A DNA stretch of 41,956 nucleotides from Octopus sinensis (taxonomy: Eukaryota), in contig NW_021831975.1 in assembly GCF_006345805.1 (NCBI RefSeq), positions 1 through 41,956 of the forward strand, in the 5' to 3' direction. The notes under the pieces were generated by a model that made no database searches, was not told the origin of the DNA, and worked only from the letters and a program-made list of their open reading frames with translations. The first letter of the stretch is position 1. Each line of letters opens with the position of its first letter. The position numbers and the translations under genes are program-made. Below are positions 21,922 to 34,602 of this stretch, piece after piece.

Positions 21922-23531
21922 TTCAAGGGGGGGGAAGGCAACGATGATGACGGCAGCGACAACAACCACGTCGTCAACAACGACAGCAGCGGCGGCGACA
22001 GCAGTGGTAGTGAAGGTGGTGGTGGTGGTGGTGTTAGTGTTAGTGTTAGTGTTGGTGGTGGTGGTGGTGGTGTTGGTGTTAGTGTTGGTGGTGTTGGTAT
22101 TAGTGTTGGTGGTGGTGGTGGTGGTGTTGGTGTTAGTGTTGGTGGTGGTGGTGGTGGTGGTGTTGGTGTTAGTGTTGGTGGTGTTGGTATTAGTGTTGGT
22201 GGTGGTGGTGGTGGTGTTGGTGTTAGTGTTGGTGGTGTTGGTATTAGTGTTGGTGGTGGTGGTGGTGGTGGTGGTGTTAGTGTTGGTGGTGGTGGTGGTG
22301 GTGGTTTTGGTGTTGGTTGTGGACACCTGATCCGAGGCGACGACAACAACAACGACGACGGTGACGGCGACGGCGGCGGTGCTGTCAATGTCAACAGTAA
22401 CGCCGCCGATGTCAACAATAACGCCGGTGATGTCGACAGGGACGACGTCAGCGACGGTGACGTTGTTGTCAATAGCAGCGACGGCGTGGACGCCCGTAAC
22501 GTCGAAAGCGACGTTGGCTGCGGTGTGAAGTGATCAGAGGGAAAGAGTGGGTTTCGCGTCAACAACGGAGGAGGAAACCGCAGCAGCGGTAGCAGTAGCA
22601 GCAGCAGCAGCAGCAGCAACAGACAAAGCAGCTGTTGTAGTTGTTGTTGTGGTGATGTTGTGATTCTTTGTGTACGAGCTTGTAATTGTAGTATTGGCGG
22701 TAGTGTTAGAGGTGTTAGCAATGATTGCAAAATCGTTGTAAAATTCCTGGATGCTCTTTGCTTTGATGACGATGACAATAATAAAGATGATGATGATGAC
22801 AACGATGTTAACGAAGATGCTGAGTGTGGCGGCTGTGGTGGTGGTGGTGTTGGCGATGAGGCTGGGGTTAGCAACGTTCGGCCCAGTGGGTGAGTGCTAG
22901 GCCGCAGATTGAAGAGGCACAAGCGAGAGTACTGTTGAGGGCCGGGGCACGGGCAAGTCGTGCTCCGGGTCGGCGTTTGCCGATATCGGTTCAATAGGGA
23001 TGGAGCCTGTGTTGGGTTCGCGGTGCGGGTTTGCTTCCGCGACTGAGGTCCAGTGGGGTTCTTCTGGTGTGGGGCTGTAGAGGGCTTAGTAGATCGAGGC
23101 CGAACCTGCGCGGCGCATTCGCGACTAGGTCGATGCCGGTGGAGTCGAGATCGGGGTCGTGATCGTCGGGGGATTTGTCGGTCAGCTGTCCGCATTCCAC
23201 CTCGGCAACGGGGAGAAAACCTGACCTTCAATTTGCAGGGTTGTCTTGATAGAAGTCGGAGGTGGAGATGGCAGTAGTGGTGGAGCTGCAAAGGCCGAAC
23301 GGCGGAAGAACGGAACGTAGGAAGACAACGATGACGGCAGCGTTGGTGGTGGTGGTGGTGGTGGTGATGTCGATGGTTGTAATTATGGTAACAGCAATGG
23401 TAGTGGTAGTGGTAGTGGCGGTGGTGGTGGTGGTGGTGGCAAACAGGAGGAGGAGAAGGTCGAAGGAGCAGAAGAGGAAGGCAAGGAGGAGAAAGAAGAG
23501 GACGACATACACCGCACGCCAAGTGGGCCAT
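21909..23531 (-). other. 540-codon Pro/Thr/Leu-rich ORF in a CpG-rich leader, overlapping the exon start out of frame
   Basis: From the ORF track. Its stop lies 10 nt downstream of the 21921 ATG. Largely built from (CCA)n-type repeats, so coding status is doubtful. Confidence 0.3.
22013..22320. repeat. Higher-order (GGT)n/GTTAGT minisatellite
   Basis: (GGT)n runs alternate with gtgttagtgtt or gtattagtgtt spacers. Confidence 0.9.
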
Positions 23532-25929
23532 AGGCGCAAGACATCCACAATCAATGCACTGGATCGAGTGGGAAGAGGTCCAAGGGTTTGCCTACGAGTA
23601 TGATCTATTTATCAGTGTATTTGTCGGGCTGCTGATCTATCTATCAATCAACGTAGCTTTCAAATATTCGGTCAGGGATCAAGGTTTAGAAATTACGGAC
23701 CCATAAATACGGAAGTTAAGAATTATTGGGGATGATGAAGTTGAGGGCGGGTTTCTTTTTTAAGAGTGGAAGATCATGGGTGGAAAGCCGGAAACTCAGT
23801 GGAACTGTCAGAAGAGCTAAGATAGAAATTGGTGGGGTTTGTTTTGTTTTTTATTCTCTTTGGGTCAATGATTCCTTTTTATTCGTTGAGCCAATTAACG
23901 AAGAATAATCAGAATTTTCGTAATGCAGACGATCGCAGATCCACAATACTAGTGACAGAAAGGAAGGTGGGAAAATATTGAAAGTTTTAAAGAAGTGTTG
24001 TTGGTGTGAGGGTGGATATAACGAAGAGGGTGCCGTTGTTAGTGGAGCTGATTGAGAAATGAGGTCTTGCCAATGTGTGGAAGGATCAAACCTCCAAATG
24101 TTTAGAAACCATGAAGTGAGAAAGAGAGCGGATGGTTTGTTTTTTTTTTTTTTTGCTGCTATGGTTGATTGGGTGCTGGTCTTTGGGGTTGTTAACAATG
24201 GCTTTGAAAATGTGGAAGATCACAGGGCAACATAAGTGGAAAAAGTTGGTGGGGGATGATCAAATTTGGGGGAAGTCAAAGATGTGTGTGTTTTTGCATG
24301 TAGTTAGTGGCTCTTTGGCTGATGATGTTGTTGGTGGTGGTGGTCTGTCTATTGGAGATGGTGGTAATTTGAGGGCTTTTGTAAAGTGTGGAAGCAAATG
24401 AATGGGAAAATCTTGAATGTCAAAAATATGTGTGTGGATACAACTTACTTAAAGACAAGGGACCCAAGGTTTCCTGTTAGTGGTTTGTTAGTGGAGTAGA
24501 TGAAGAGTAAAAGGCCTTTGCAAAGTGTCTGAGCGATGGTGAAATCTTGGAAGTCAACAATGTGTGTGCAACACATAGGTAGGAACTCTTTGGTTATTGT
24601 CGGTGGATTATTTTACAGGTTTGATGGAAAGGCAAGGTGGCGGCCTTTCCTGTGGAAGACCAAAGGTTCACAACAGTGTTGAAAGGTTGAAGATGGCCAG
24701 GCGGTTGTATGCTGGAAGATGAGTTACAGATGATGGGAGTGCTGTTTCTTGGAGATGTTAATGATGGTTTTTTTCTGGAAGTGTGGAAGATCACAAGTTA
24801 TCACTAGCGGGGGTGGAAGATATTAGAAATGAAAGATGGGTCTGTGTGGTGGGCGTGTATGTGTGCGTGTAGGAAGTAGGGCTCCTTGCCCAGTGATGGT
24901 ATATTTTTTTTCGTGGAGCTGATAGGGAAATTAGGACCTTTGCAGCGTGAAGATCAAAGGCCCACAGTCCACAGCCATGTAAAAAAAAAAATTGAAAGTT
25001 GAAAAATGGATGTGTGCGTATAGGTAGGAGAGGATCTTTCAGTTGTTGCTGAAGGAATGGTAATTATGTTAAGTTTTCTTCTTTATTTTTTAAAATCTTT
25101 TTTGTGAGTTTGAAATGTGGAAGATCACAGGTACACGGCAATGGAAAGATGTGGAAAAAAACTTGGACAGCCCCAGAAGGTTAAAGGTCAGTGTGTGGGT
25201 GAAAGATATAAGTAGGTCTCCGGTGCGTGTTTGGTCCGTGGTGTTGATAGAGATGGTTTTTTTCTGAGACCCAAGAACACTAGGGGACATATATATATAT
25301 ATATATGTGAGGTATGCAGAGCAAAGATGATAGATGAAAATGTGCTTACAAAGGAGTCACAGGATCAATTCTCCCTTAATACGTGTTTGTTTTGTATTTT
25401 TTCAGAAGGGGAGGGGTAATTTGGTGGAGTATATATTTGTATGTAGTCGTTCCACTTTTTTTCCTACGTTCCCTGTATAAATTAATATACATTAATATAG
25501 CCCTTTTTCTATATAATATCACCCTTTTTTGAATGACTGGGATAGAGAGGGACAGTTTTTTTTTTCTTGTAGTCGTTGTTGTGTACGCTGTTGTTTGGTA
25601 TTGTTGTGAGACACAGAGGTGGGGGTAGATAGAGAGAGAGAGATGTATGAAAGAAGACTAGAAAATTCGAGAACGAGCTAGTGAGAGGGGTCACTGCAAG
25701 CAAAATTGTTCACACACAATTTGCTTAAGGGGTTGTTTTTTATTTAAAAAATTTTTTGTTGTGGTGGTGGTAGTGGAAGGGGTAAAAAAAAAAAGGTTAG
25801 ACTTCAGTCATGGAGAAAACGGGTTAGCCAGACGTGTGAAGGGGTAGAGTCGTTTTGGCACAGAGAGAAAGTGAAAGTAAAAGAGAAAAAGAGAGTGTAT
25901 GTGTGATGAAGAGTAGAAACTAGTAAAAT

Positions 25930-26320
25930 TCGATGTTGACATTTCACACGTTCAACTACGCATGCGCACCGACGACACGGCACGCGTCAAACACACGCAC
26001 ACACACACACGCACTTCCTTCCTTCACACTATCACACACACACACGCGCGTGTAGTATGTGCGTGTGTGTGTATACGCGCGCACGTACTCGTCGCGCGCA
26101 CACAGTCGCATGTGTCAGCGGATAGACGCAATGAGGCGGGCGGCCGTAGTGCCCCTTTTTCGTGTGTGCGTACATGCACACACACATGCACACACGTATG
26201 CATGCGTGCACACAGACACACACGCACACACACGCACGCACGCCGCTCGCTCACTCTCACTCGATTCTCACACGTGCACTCACCCTCACACTCTCGCTAG
26301 CTCAACTCCACACGTGCATG
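25930..26320 (-). promoter_or_regulatory. Candidate promoter: CpG-rich patch with an NRF1-like site
   Basis: TGCGCATGCGTA on the minus strand at 25968->25957 (11/12 to YGCGCAYGCGCR). Local CpG enrichment about 4 kb upstream of the coding exon. Confidence 0.45.
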
Positions 26321-26644
26321 TATATATGTAAGTGGGTGTGTAGATGTACGTGTGGGGGGCAGAGTGTATAGGTATGCGTGTCTATTTATACATATATGTG
26401 TATATGAGTATTTAAATGTATATATATTTAATAAATGTATATATATTTAATAAAACGTTTCTATTAAATTACACACTCGTTCACAACGAGATACATACGT
26501 ATAAACACATATACAGACACACATACATATATAGCACTACATTACACAGCAAGCTGTGTTAAAGGACACACGTGTAAATTTACACAGTTACAGTACAGCA
26601 ATAATAATCACACAAAACCGAACGAACAGCGTTGTTTTCAGAGA

Positions 26645-26880
26645 CTGTTGTTTTAGCCCCAGGTCACGACTGAACGAACTGGCCTACGTTCAAAGGTATT
26701 CCAAACATGACTGTCCCATATTTTCCATATATATTTAGGGTATCCAGGTCCACATTATCCCGTGTGTTTTACTATTTCTTTTTTTTTTTTTCGTCGTTCT
26801 CTTTTTAAGTGGGGGTTAAAATGAGGGAGATATTGCTGTGCTATTTCTAGCAGTTCTAGCGACCATGTAGAGGCGCCCTT
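26645..26880. mobile_element. Ancient diverged interspersed repeat, with a second copy at about 29840-30025
   Basis: Shared ordered motifs gtt(t)tagcc...aaagg(t)attcca...tgac...gctatttct.gca in both places. Confidence 0.45.
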
Positions 26881-28034
26881 GTTATAAACGGTGGTGGTGG
26901 TGGTGGTGGTGATGTGTTGTGGGTATTGTTTTTGTTATTGTGGTAATTAATTAGACCCCGGGCCCTCAAGCGAATCCTTATTAATGACCAGCTATTATGG
27001 TAACGGGGGAATTTATATTCGAGACCATTCCAGCTTTGTACGTGTGTGTTTGAATGTGGCTATTATTGTTATTGTTGGTGTTGTTGTTGTTGCTGCTGCT
27101 GCCGCTACTCATGCTGCTACCGCCGTCGCTCACATCTGTCCTGATGACGCGAAAAAGCAAGAAACAATGAAGAAATAACAAGGAATGGAGAAAAAAAATT
27201 TCCAAATCGCGATGCACGAGGCTGTGACGTGAAAGAATGGTGAACGAGGTTGATGTAGGTAGGTATAGCTAGTGGTATACTGTGTTGTTGCGGCGCTAGT
27301 ATAAAGGGTTAGGGTGACAAAGGAAATGGTAAATATAGTACGGGTTGTATGGGTGCTAGTACAGGGGTATCAAGATAAGGGTAACAGTGAAGTTGGTATA
27401 AGGGGGCTGGTTTGTGCAGTATAGGCTAAATATTAAAGGATTTAGGGGTAGTGTTGATGGTGTCGGTGGAGAAATGATCGTGGCCGTGTGGGAGAGACGG
27501 CTAGTATTGTACTGTATAGGTTATGGTTGTAAAGGGTGTTGTGGGCGTGTTAGTGTTGTGGTACAGTGGTATCGTATCCGGGGTAGTACTGGGAATAGTA
27601 TGTCGATGTTTTAACCGTGAAGAAATATCGGTGGTTGTGGTTGTGGTGGTAGTAAGGGGTCACGGTGAGGTGAGGGAAATTATGAAATTACAGCATCGGC
27701 TGTAGTAATGAAAGGGTGTTTAGTCGCGTCAGTATTGTATTAGTGGTAAGTGCTACAGAGAGAATTTGGCCGCGGGAAAAATGGTACAGGTTGTAGTGGT
27801 GGTGGCTAGTAATGTATGTGTTGCAGTAGTGAAGGCTGTAGTCTGTTTAGTGTAGTGTTGTGTTGTGTTGTACGGTGTAGTACAGTATAGAATGGGTTTC
27901 GTAACGGGTGTGGTGATGATGAAGGGATCTGGGAGTCGTATGGGTGGTTGTGTTTGTGGTGGGTGGCAATGATATGATGAAGATGACGATGATGATGATG
28001 ATGATGATGGTAGTGTGTAAATACAGAAAGTTGT

Positions 28035-28069
<35 letters not shown>

Positions 28070-28297
28070 TGTGTGTGTGTGTTGTGAGTCTATGTGTGTG
28101 TGTGTGTGTGTATTATATATATCCTCCTTGACACTTGATTGATGTCACCGATTGATGCTGTTGTTGTTGTTGTTACAGTGGTTGTTGTTGGCGTCGTCGT
28201 AGACGTTGGTGGTGGTGGTGGTGGTGGTGGTTGTAGTAGTAGTAGTAGTAATCCCAGCCACGAATTTTTTTTTTTTTTGGTAATCCTCGTGTGTGAT

Positions 28298-28341
28298 AAA
28301 TAGATAGGTAGAAAGATAGATAGATAGATAGATAGATAGGT

Positions 28342-28389
<48 letters not shown>

Positions 28390-28470
28390 GGTTAGATAGA
28401 TAGATAGATAGATAGATGGATAGATGGATAGACAGACAGACAGACAGGCAAGGCAGGCAGGCAGGCAGGA
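28298..28470. repeat. (TAGA)n-(CAGA)n-(CAGG)n compound microsatellite
   Basis: Seen directly. Confidence 0.95.
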
Positions 28471-28699
28471 AGAGAGATGTTGCTCTCTCAGCCTGTGGTT
28501 TCAAACGTCCGTACGTTCCGACCGTTCGCCTGTATGGTGATGTGCGTGCGTCAGTAGATGAGATGAGACGAGGTGGGTAGCAGTGGTAGGAGGGAAATGA
28601 GTGAGAGAAGGTGAAGAGAAGGGGAGATAGAGTGAGATAGAGGGTATATATATAGAGAGAGTATGGAGAGTATGGAGAAAGATGCTGTAGTTGGAAGCA

Positions 28700-29830
28700 A
28701 GAAGATGGAAGGAGAATGGAAATTGGGGAAGAGAAAGACAGAAAGAGAGAGGGGAGGGGGAAGAGAGCAGAAAGACAGAAAGAGAGAGGGGAGGGAGAAG
28801 AGAAAATCAGAAAGAGAGAGGGGAGGGAGGAGAGAAGGATAGAAAGAGAGCAGGGAAGAGAACAGAAAGATAGAAAGAGAGAGGGGGGAAGAGAACAGAA
28901 AGACAGAAAGAGAGAGGGGAGGGGAAGAGAAGAGAAAGACAGAAAGAGAGAGGGGAGAGGAGAAGAGAAAGACAGAAAGAGAACGGGGGGAGAGAAGAGA
29001 AAGACAGAAAGAGAGAGGGGGCAGAGAAGAGGAAAGACAGAAGAGAGAGGGGAGAAGGGAGATAGAGAGAAAAGAGGGGAAGAGAAAGACAGAAAGATGA
29101 GAGGGGAGGGAGAAGCGAAGAGAGAGAAGAAGAAAGGACAGAAAGAGGGAGGGGACGAGGAGGGAGAAGAGAGAAGAAGAGAAAGACAGAAAGAGGAGAG
29201 GGGGGAGAAGAGAAAAGACAGGAAAGAGAGAGATAGAGGGGGAGAGAGAGAGAGAGAGGAGAGAAGAGAAAGACAGAAAGAGAGAGGGGAGGGAGAGAAG
29301 AGAAAGACAGAAAGAGAGAGGGGGAGAGAAGAGAAAGACAGAAAGAGAGAGGGGGAGAGAAGAGAAAGACAGAAAGAGAGAGGGGAGGGAGAAGAGAAAG
29401 ACAGAAAGAGAGAGGGGAGGGAAAAGAGAAGAGAAAGACAGAAAGAGAGAGGGGAGGGGGAATGGAAGAGAAAGATAGAAAGAGAGCCGGGAGGGGGAAA
29501 AGGAGAAGGATAGTGTAGGTGAAAGGAAGAGGATGAAGAATGGAAATTGGGAAAGAGAAAGACAGAGAGAGAGAGAGAGGGGGAAGCAAAGGGAGATGCG
29601 ATGTAGCGGTAGAGTAAGATATTAGAGGGAGGTGCAAAAACGCATGAGGAATAGACGGAGGAAATTGTTATAAGATCTAAAGAGGGGGGAGGAGGTAAAC
29701 GAGAGGGGGAAGGAGGTAAACGAGAGGGGGAGGAGGTAAACGAGAGGGGGAGTAGGGATATATGAGGAGAAAGAAGGGGTTACGAAGACAGAGAGAGAGA
29801 GAGAGAGAGAAAGAGGGAGAGAGGGATGAG
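28700..29830. repeat. Polypurine minisatellite (about 30-35 bp unit containing GAGAAAGACAGAAAGAGAGAGGGG)
   Basis: Almost pure A/G on the plus strand; a 21-22 bp unit gaggggggaggaggtaaac occurs three times near 29680-29750. Confidence 0.92.
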
Positions 29831-30169
29831 TAGGTGTTATGTTTAGCCTTAGATGAAATCTATTTGAAGAGCTAAAAGGATTCCAGGCGTGACCCTTCCA
29901 ATTTTTGTTTTCGTAAATCTAGGCCTAAATACATTTTTCCAAAATGTCCTTTAATCCTTAATCTTTCTCAGAGTCGATAGGGCTTGATTTTGAAGGGGGG
30001 AATTTGGCTGCTATTTCTTGCAAGGCTATATTTTCTTGCGTTGAGATGGAGATGGCGCTGGTGCTGGTGCTAGTAGTTTGGTAGAGACAACAGTGTTGGC
30101 GGTAGTACAAGATCACTAGTAGTACAGCTACTACCGCCAACACTTGTGGTTGTAGCAGTAGTAATATAA

Positions 30170-30790
30170 TAGTACTGGTCGTGTTGGAAGTGATGGTAGT
30201 TGTGATGGTGATGGTGGTGGTGGTGGTGGTGGTGGTGGTGGTGGTGGTGGTGGTGGTGGTGGTGGTGGTGGTAACGATGAAGGTGGTGGTGGTGGCGTAA
30301 GTGTTGGAAGCAGTTGTGGTGGTCGTGTTTGTAGCGGTGGAGTTTGTGGTGGTGGTCGTCGTCGTCGTAGTCGTGGTGGTCGTGGTGAAGATGATGATGA
30401 TGATGGCGACGGCGGGGGGGGAGGAGAACTGATAGTCATTAAGATGATGGTAGTGGTGGTGGTGGTGGTGATGATGGCAATGGTGGTTGTGGTGGTAGTG
30501 GTGGTGGTGGTGGTGGTGGTGGTGATGGTGGTGGTGGCGGTGGTGGTCATGAAAATGGGTTACGTTGGAGATGGCGGCGGCGGCAGCGGTGGTGGGGGTG
30601 GTGGTGGTGGTGTTAGTACCAATAGTGAAAGTGAAAGTAGATATGATGGTGGTGATGGTGATGATGATGATGATGATGAGTTAGTGTTGTTGCTTGTAGT
30701 GGTGGTGGTGGTGATAGTGACAGATACAGTTGTAGTATATGTAGTAGTATTTATTGGTGGTGGTGGTCGTGGTGGTAGCGGCGGATCAGA
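30170..30790. repeat. (GGT)n/(GAT)n low-complexity tract
   Basis: Seen directly. Confidence 0.9.
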
Positions 30791-30859
30791 ATACATTCTC
30801 CGATCTTTGCTCTCCATTTTCCTATCTTCACCTTATCCAAATTCCTTCACAGCCTAATC

Positions 30860-31352
30860 GATGTATGTGTGCGTATATGCATGCATGTATGTATGTATGT
30901 ATGTATGTATGTATGTATGTATGTATGTATGTATGTATGTGTTTGTGTATGTATGTATGTATGTATATGTATGTATTTATGTATGTATATGTATGTATGT
31001 GTGTGTATGTATGTATGTATGTATGTATGTGTTTGTGTATGTATGTATGTATGTATATGTATGTATTTATGTATGTATATGTATGTATGTGTGTGTATGT
31101 ATGTATGTATGAGTGTGTATGTATGTTTGTATGTATGTATGTGTGTATGTATGTATGTATGTATGTATGTGTGTATGTGTGTATGTATCTATGTATGTAT
31201 GTATGTATGTATGCATGTATGCATGTATGTATGTATGTTGAAATGCCGTATATTTGTTGTTATGAATATGTCTGTGAAAGACAGTGTGTGTGTGTGTGTG
31301 TTTGTGTAGGAGTATGTGTGAAGTGTCTGAATGTATCTGTGAGAGAGAATAA

Positions 31353-31389
<37 letters not shown>

Positions 31390-32207
31390 TTATGTATGCA
31401 ATTTCAGGAATACGTCAGAGAGAGTGTGCGAGTGTGTGTGTGTGTGAGAGAGAGAGAGCGGGGGGGGGAAGGGAGGGAGAAAGAGAAAGTGAAGAGAAAT
31501 AGTACGAAATGTGTGTGTGTGTGTGTGTGTGTGTGCGACTGTATGTGTGTGTGTGTAATAGCATGTTTTGCGCGTGTGTATGTGTGCTTATATGAATGTG
31601 TATGTGTGTGTGAAAGTGTATATAAATGTATGTGTGTGACTATATATGTGTGTGATTTGTGTGTGTGTGTGACTATATGTGTGTGTGAGTATGTATATAT
31701 GTCTGAGAGATAATGTGTTTGTGTAGGAATGTTTATGAAAATGTATTTGAGAGAGAAAGAAAGACAATGTGTGTGTGTGTGTGTGTGTACGCGTGTGTAT
31801 GTGTATGTGTGTGTTCTAGCGTTTGTACTTTTTGCGTGTGAATGTATCAGTGAGAGTGTGTGTGTGTGTGTGTGCGTGCGTGTGCGTGTGTGTCTGTGTT
31901 TGTGTGTGTGTGTGTGTGTGTGTTAGTTTTCAGTGTTTTCGGGTACGTGTACATGTGTGTGTGTGTGTGCGTGTGTGCGCGTGTGTATGGTTTGGTGTGT
32001 GTATGTGTGTTGTGTGTGTGTATGTGTGTGTGTGCGCGTGTGTGTGTCTGTGTGCGTGTGTGTGTGTGTGTGTGTTAGTTTTCGGTGTTTTCGGGTATGT
32101 GTACATATGTGTGTGTGGTGTGTGTAAATACGTATCTGTGTGGGAGAGAGTAAAAACCGTGTATGTGTTTGTATATGTATGTGTGAGAGAGAGAGAAAGT
32201 GTGTGCG

Positions 32208-32250
<43 letters not shown>

Positions 32251-32275
32251 GTGTGTGTGTGTGCGTGCGCGCGAC
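30860..32275. repeat. (TATG)n then (TG)n microsatellite field
   Basis: Seen directly. Confidence 0.95.
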
Positions 32276-32334
32276 TGTATGTTCAGCAGACGACAAGCTT
32301 CTCTGCTGTTGATCTGATGTCGCGATACATCATG

Positions 32335-34150
32335 GGTGGAGGGATGAGAGAGAAACGGAGAGGAGGAAGGTGAGTGAGTAATGAGACAAGGAGAGGGGAG
32401 GCAGAGAGAAGAGTGAGAAGAAGAGAGAGAGAGTGGAAGGGGGGGAATGGAGGGTGAAGAGAGTGAGCGGAGGGGGAGATGAGAGTAAGGAAGTAACAGT
32501 GAGAGGGAGAAGGAAGCAGAGGGAGAGGGAAGCAGAGTGAGAGGTGAGAGAAACTGTGAAGGGGATAAGGAAAGAGGAAGAAGTGGGAGTATAAGGAGGG
32601 GGAGTAAGGGAAAGAGAGAGAGAAGGGGAGTAAGGGAAAAGGAAGGTAAGACTGAGGAAAGAAGATAGAGAAGGAAGCAGAATTAAAGGGAGAGAGGGAG
32701 GGGAGTGTAGTAGAGTGGTGAGTGTGTAGAGCAATAGAGATAAAGGGGGTGAGAGGAAGAGGAGAGAAAATAAAGGAGAGCAGGGAGTAATTAGAACAAT
32801 AACGAAAGAAAGAAGGAAAGAAAGAGAGAAGAAAAGGTTAAGGAGTAAGGGGAGACCACGCAAGAAAGCGGGAGGGCTGTGGTGTAGAGATGAAAGAAAA
32901 GGAGAGGGAGGTTTAGGAAGGCAAGGTCAAAGATACAGAGAGAGTAAGAGAGGAGAGTAAGTAGAGAAAGAATGAAGAGTAAGGAGAGGGAATGTGGGAA
33001 GTGAGAGAGTGAGAAGAGAAGAAAGGAGAGGTGAAAGAGAAGGAAGGGAGAGCATAAGAAAACAGAAAGGTGGGAAAGGGTGAGAAGAAGAGAAGAGAAG
33101 AGAAGTAGGGAAAAAGGAGAGGGTGTGTGAGTAGTATAAGGAAAGAGGAAGAAGTTGGAGGGGAAGAAGACGAGGGAGTTAACAGAGAGAAGGGGAGTAA
33201 GGAGAAAGGGAGGTAAGACTGTGGAGAGAGATGGAGAGTAGTAGAGAAAGAAGGAAAATCTTTGGATGAGAGAGAAGTGGAGAGTGATGAGGAAGGAGAG
33301 GGGGCGAAGTTAAGATTGGAAAAGAAAAGGGGAATGGGGTGTAAGGATGAGGAAAGAGAGAAGAGGGAGAGGTGAAGAGTAAGGAGTGAGAGATAAGGGA
33401 TAAAGGAGAAAAAGTTGGAAAATGAGGGGGAGAGATGGAGTGTAGGGGTTAAGGGGCTGTGGGTGGGGAATGAGGAAGGAGAGAAGAGGGAGAGGTGAAA
33501 AGTAAGGGGAGAGAGAGAGATAAAGAAGAGAAAATTGGAAAGTGAGAGGGAGAGATGGGTGGGAGAAGGAGGGATGGAGTGTAGGGGTTAAGGGGCTGTG
33601 GGGTGAGGAATGAAAAAAGAGAGAAGAGAGAGAGGTGAAGGGTAAGGAGAGAGAGAGATAAGGGAGAGAAAACTGGAAAGTGAGGGGAAGAGATGGGTGG
33701 AAGAAGGCGGGATGGAGTGTAGGGGTTAAGGGGCTGTGGGTGGGCAATGAGGAAAGAGAGAAGAGGGAGAGGTGAAGAGTAAGGGGAGAGAGAGATAAGG
33801 GAGAGAAAATTGGAGGCAAGTAGGGAAAAGAGATGGGTGAGAGAGTGAGCTATGGGGTGTGCAAAAAAGGAGAAGAAGAGAAAGGGGAAATGAGAAGATT
33901 AGGGAGAGAAAAAGAAGAGGGAGAGGAAATAAGTTAGAGCAAAGTTGAAGAAATTGGGGAGAAGTAAAGAGAAATCAAAGGGTGAGAGATGGAATGGGGA
34001 ATAAGGAGAATGAGGCAGAGGGAGTTGGAGATGTAGAGTGAGAAAGAAGAATAAGAAGAGCAAGGAGAAAGGGAGAGGGGAGCGAATTTTAAGGAGAGAA
34101 ATGTCAAGATAGAAGATAAAAAAAAAGAGAGCAAGGAGGAAGCCATGGGG
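32335..34150. repeat. Purine-rich tract containing an approximately 139 bp tandem repeat
   Basis: ggagtgtaggggttaaggggctgtgggtg at about 33437, 33575 and 33714. Confidence 0.85.
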
Positions 34151-34393
34151 AGGGTTGTTGATGAAGATTGACAGGTTGTCTCGAATGGCAAAATGTTTCG
34201 TTAGATAACAGATGGATTGGCCATGGATGGAAAAGCATTTATTTTTTTAAGTCTTCTCAATTGGAGGCTTTCGCCTTAGCAATAAACTACCAAAACAACA
34301 ACAACAACAACAACAACAACAAAAACAAAAAAAGCATTAGCATCAAACTACAATAGCAAAAACAAAAGTAACAACAACAACAACAACAACAAC

Positions 34394-34449
<56 letters not shown>

Positions 34450-34502
34450 ATAATAATAATATATAATAATAATGAATAATGATAATAATAATAATGATGA
34501 TG

Positions 34503-34536
<34 letters not shown>

Positions 34537-34602
34537 TAATAATAAAATAATAATAATAAAATAATAATAATAATAATGATAAAAATAATAATATAATAAT
34601 AA

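Noticed and set aside
21737-22533. Plus-strand poly-Val and poly-Gly ORFs
   Set aside because: Products of the (GGT)n minisatellite with no splice or domain support.
23228-23554. 108 aa ORF resembling signal peptide plus Thr-rich mucin
   Set aside because: Non-ATG start; composition explained by CTT/ACC triplet repeats.
27141-27160. CTGATGA-cgc-GAAA hammerhead-like core
   Set aside because: No stem II, stem III or stem I pairing; chance match.
28716-29637. 265 aa E/R/K-rich and 276 aa L/S/F-rich ORFs
   Set aside because: Polypurine/polypyrimidine repeat that cannot easily contain stops.
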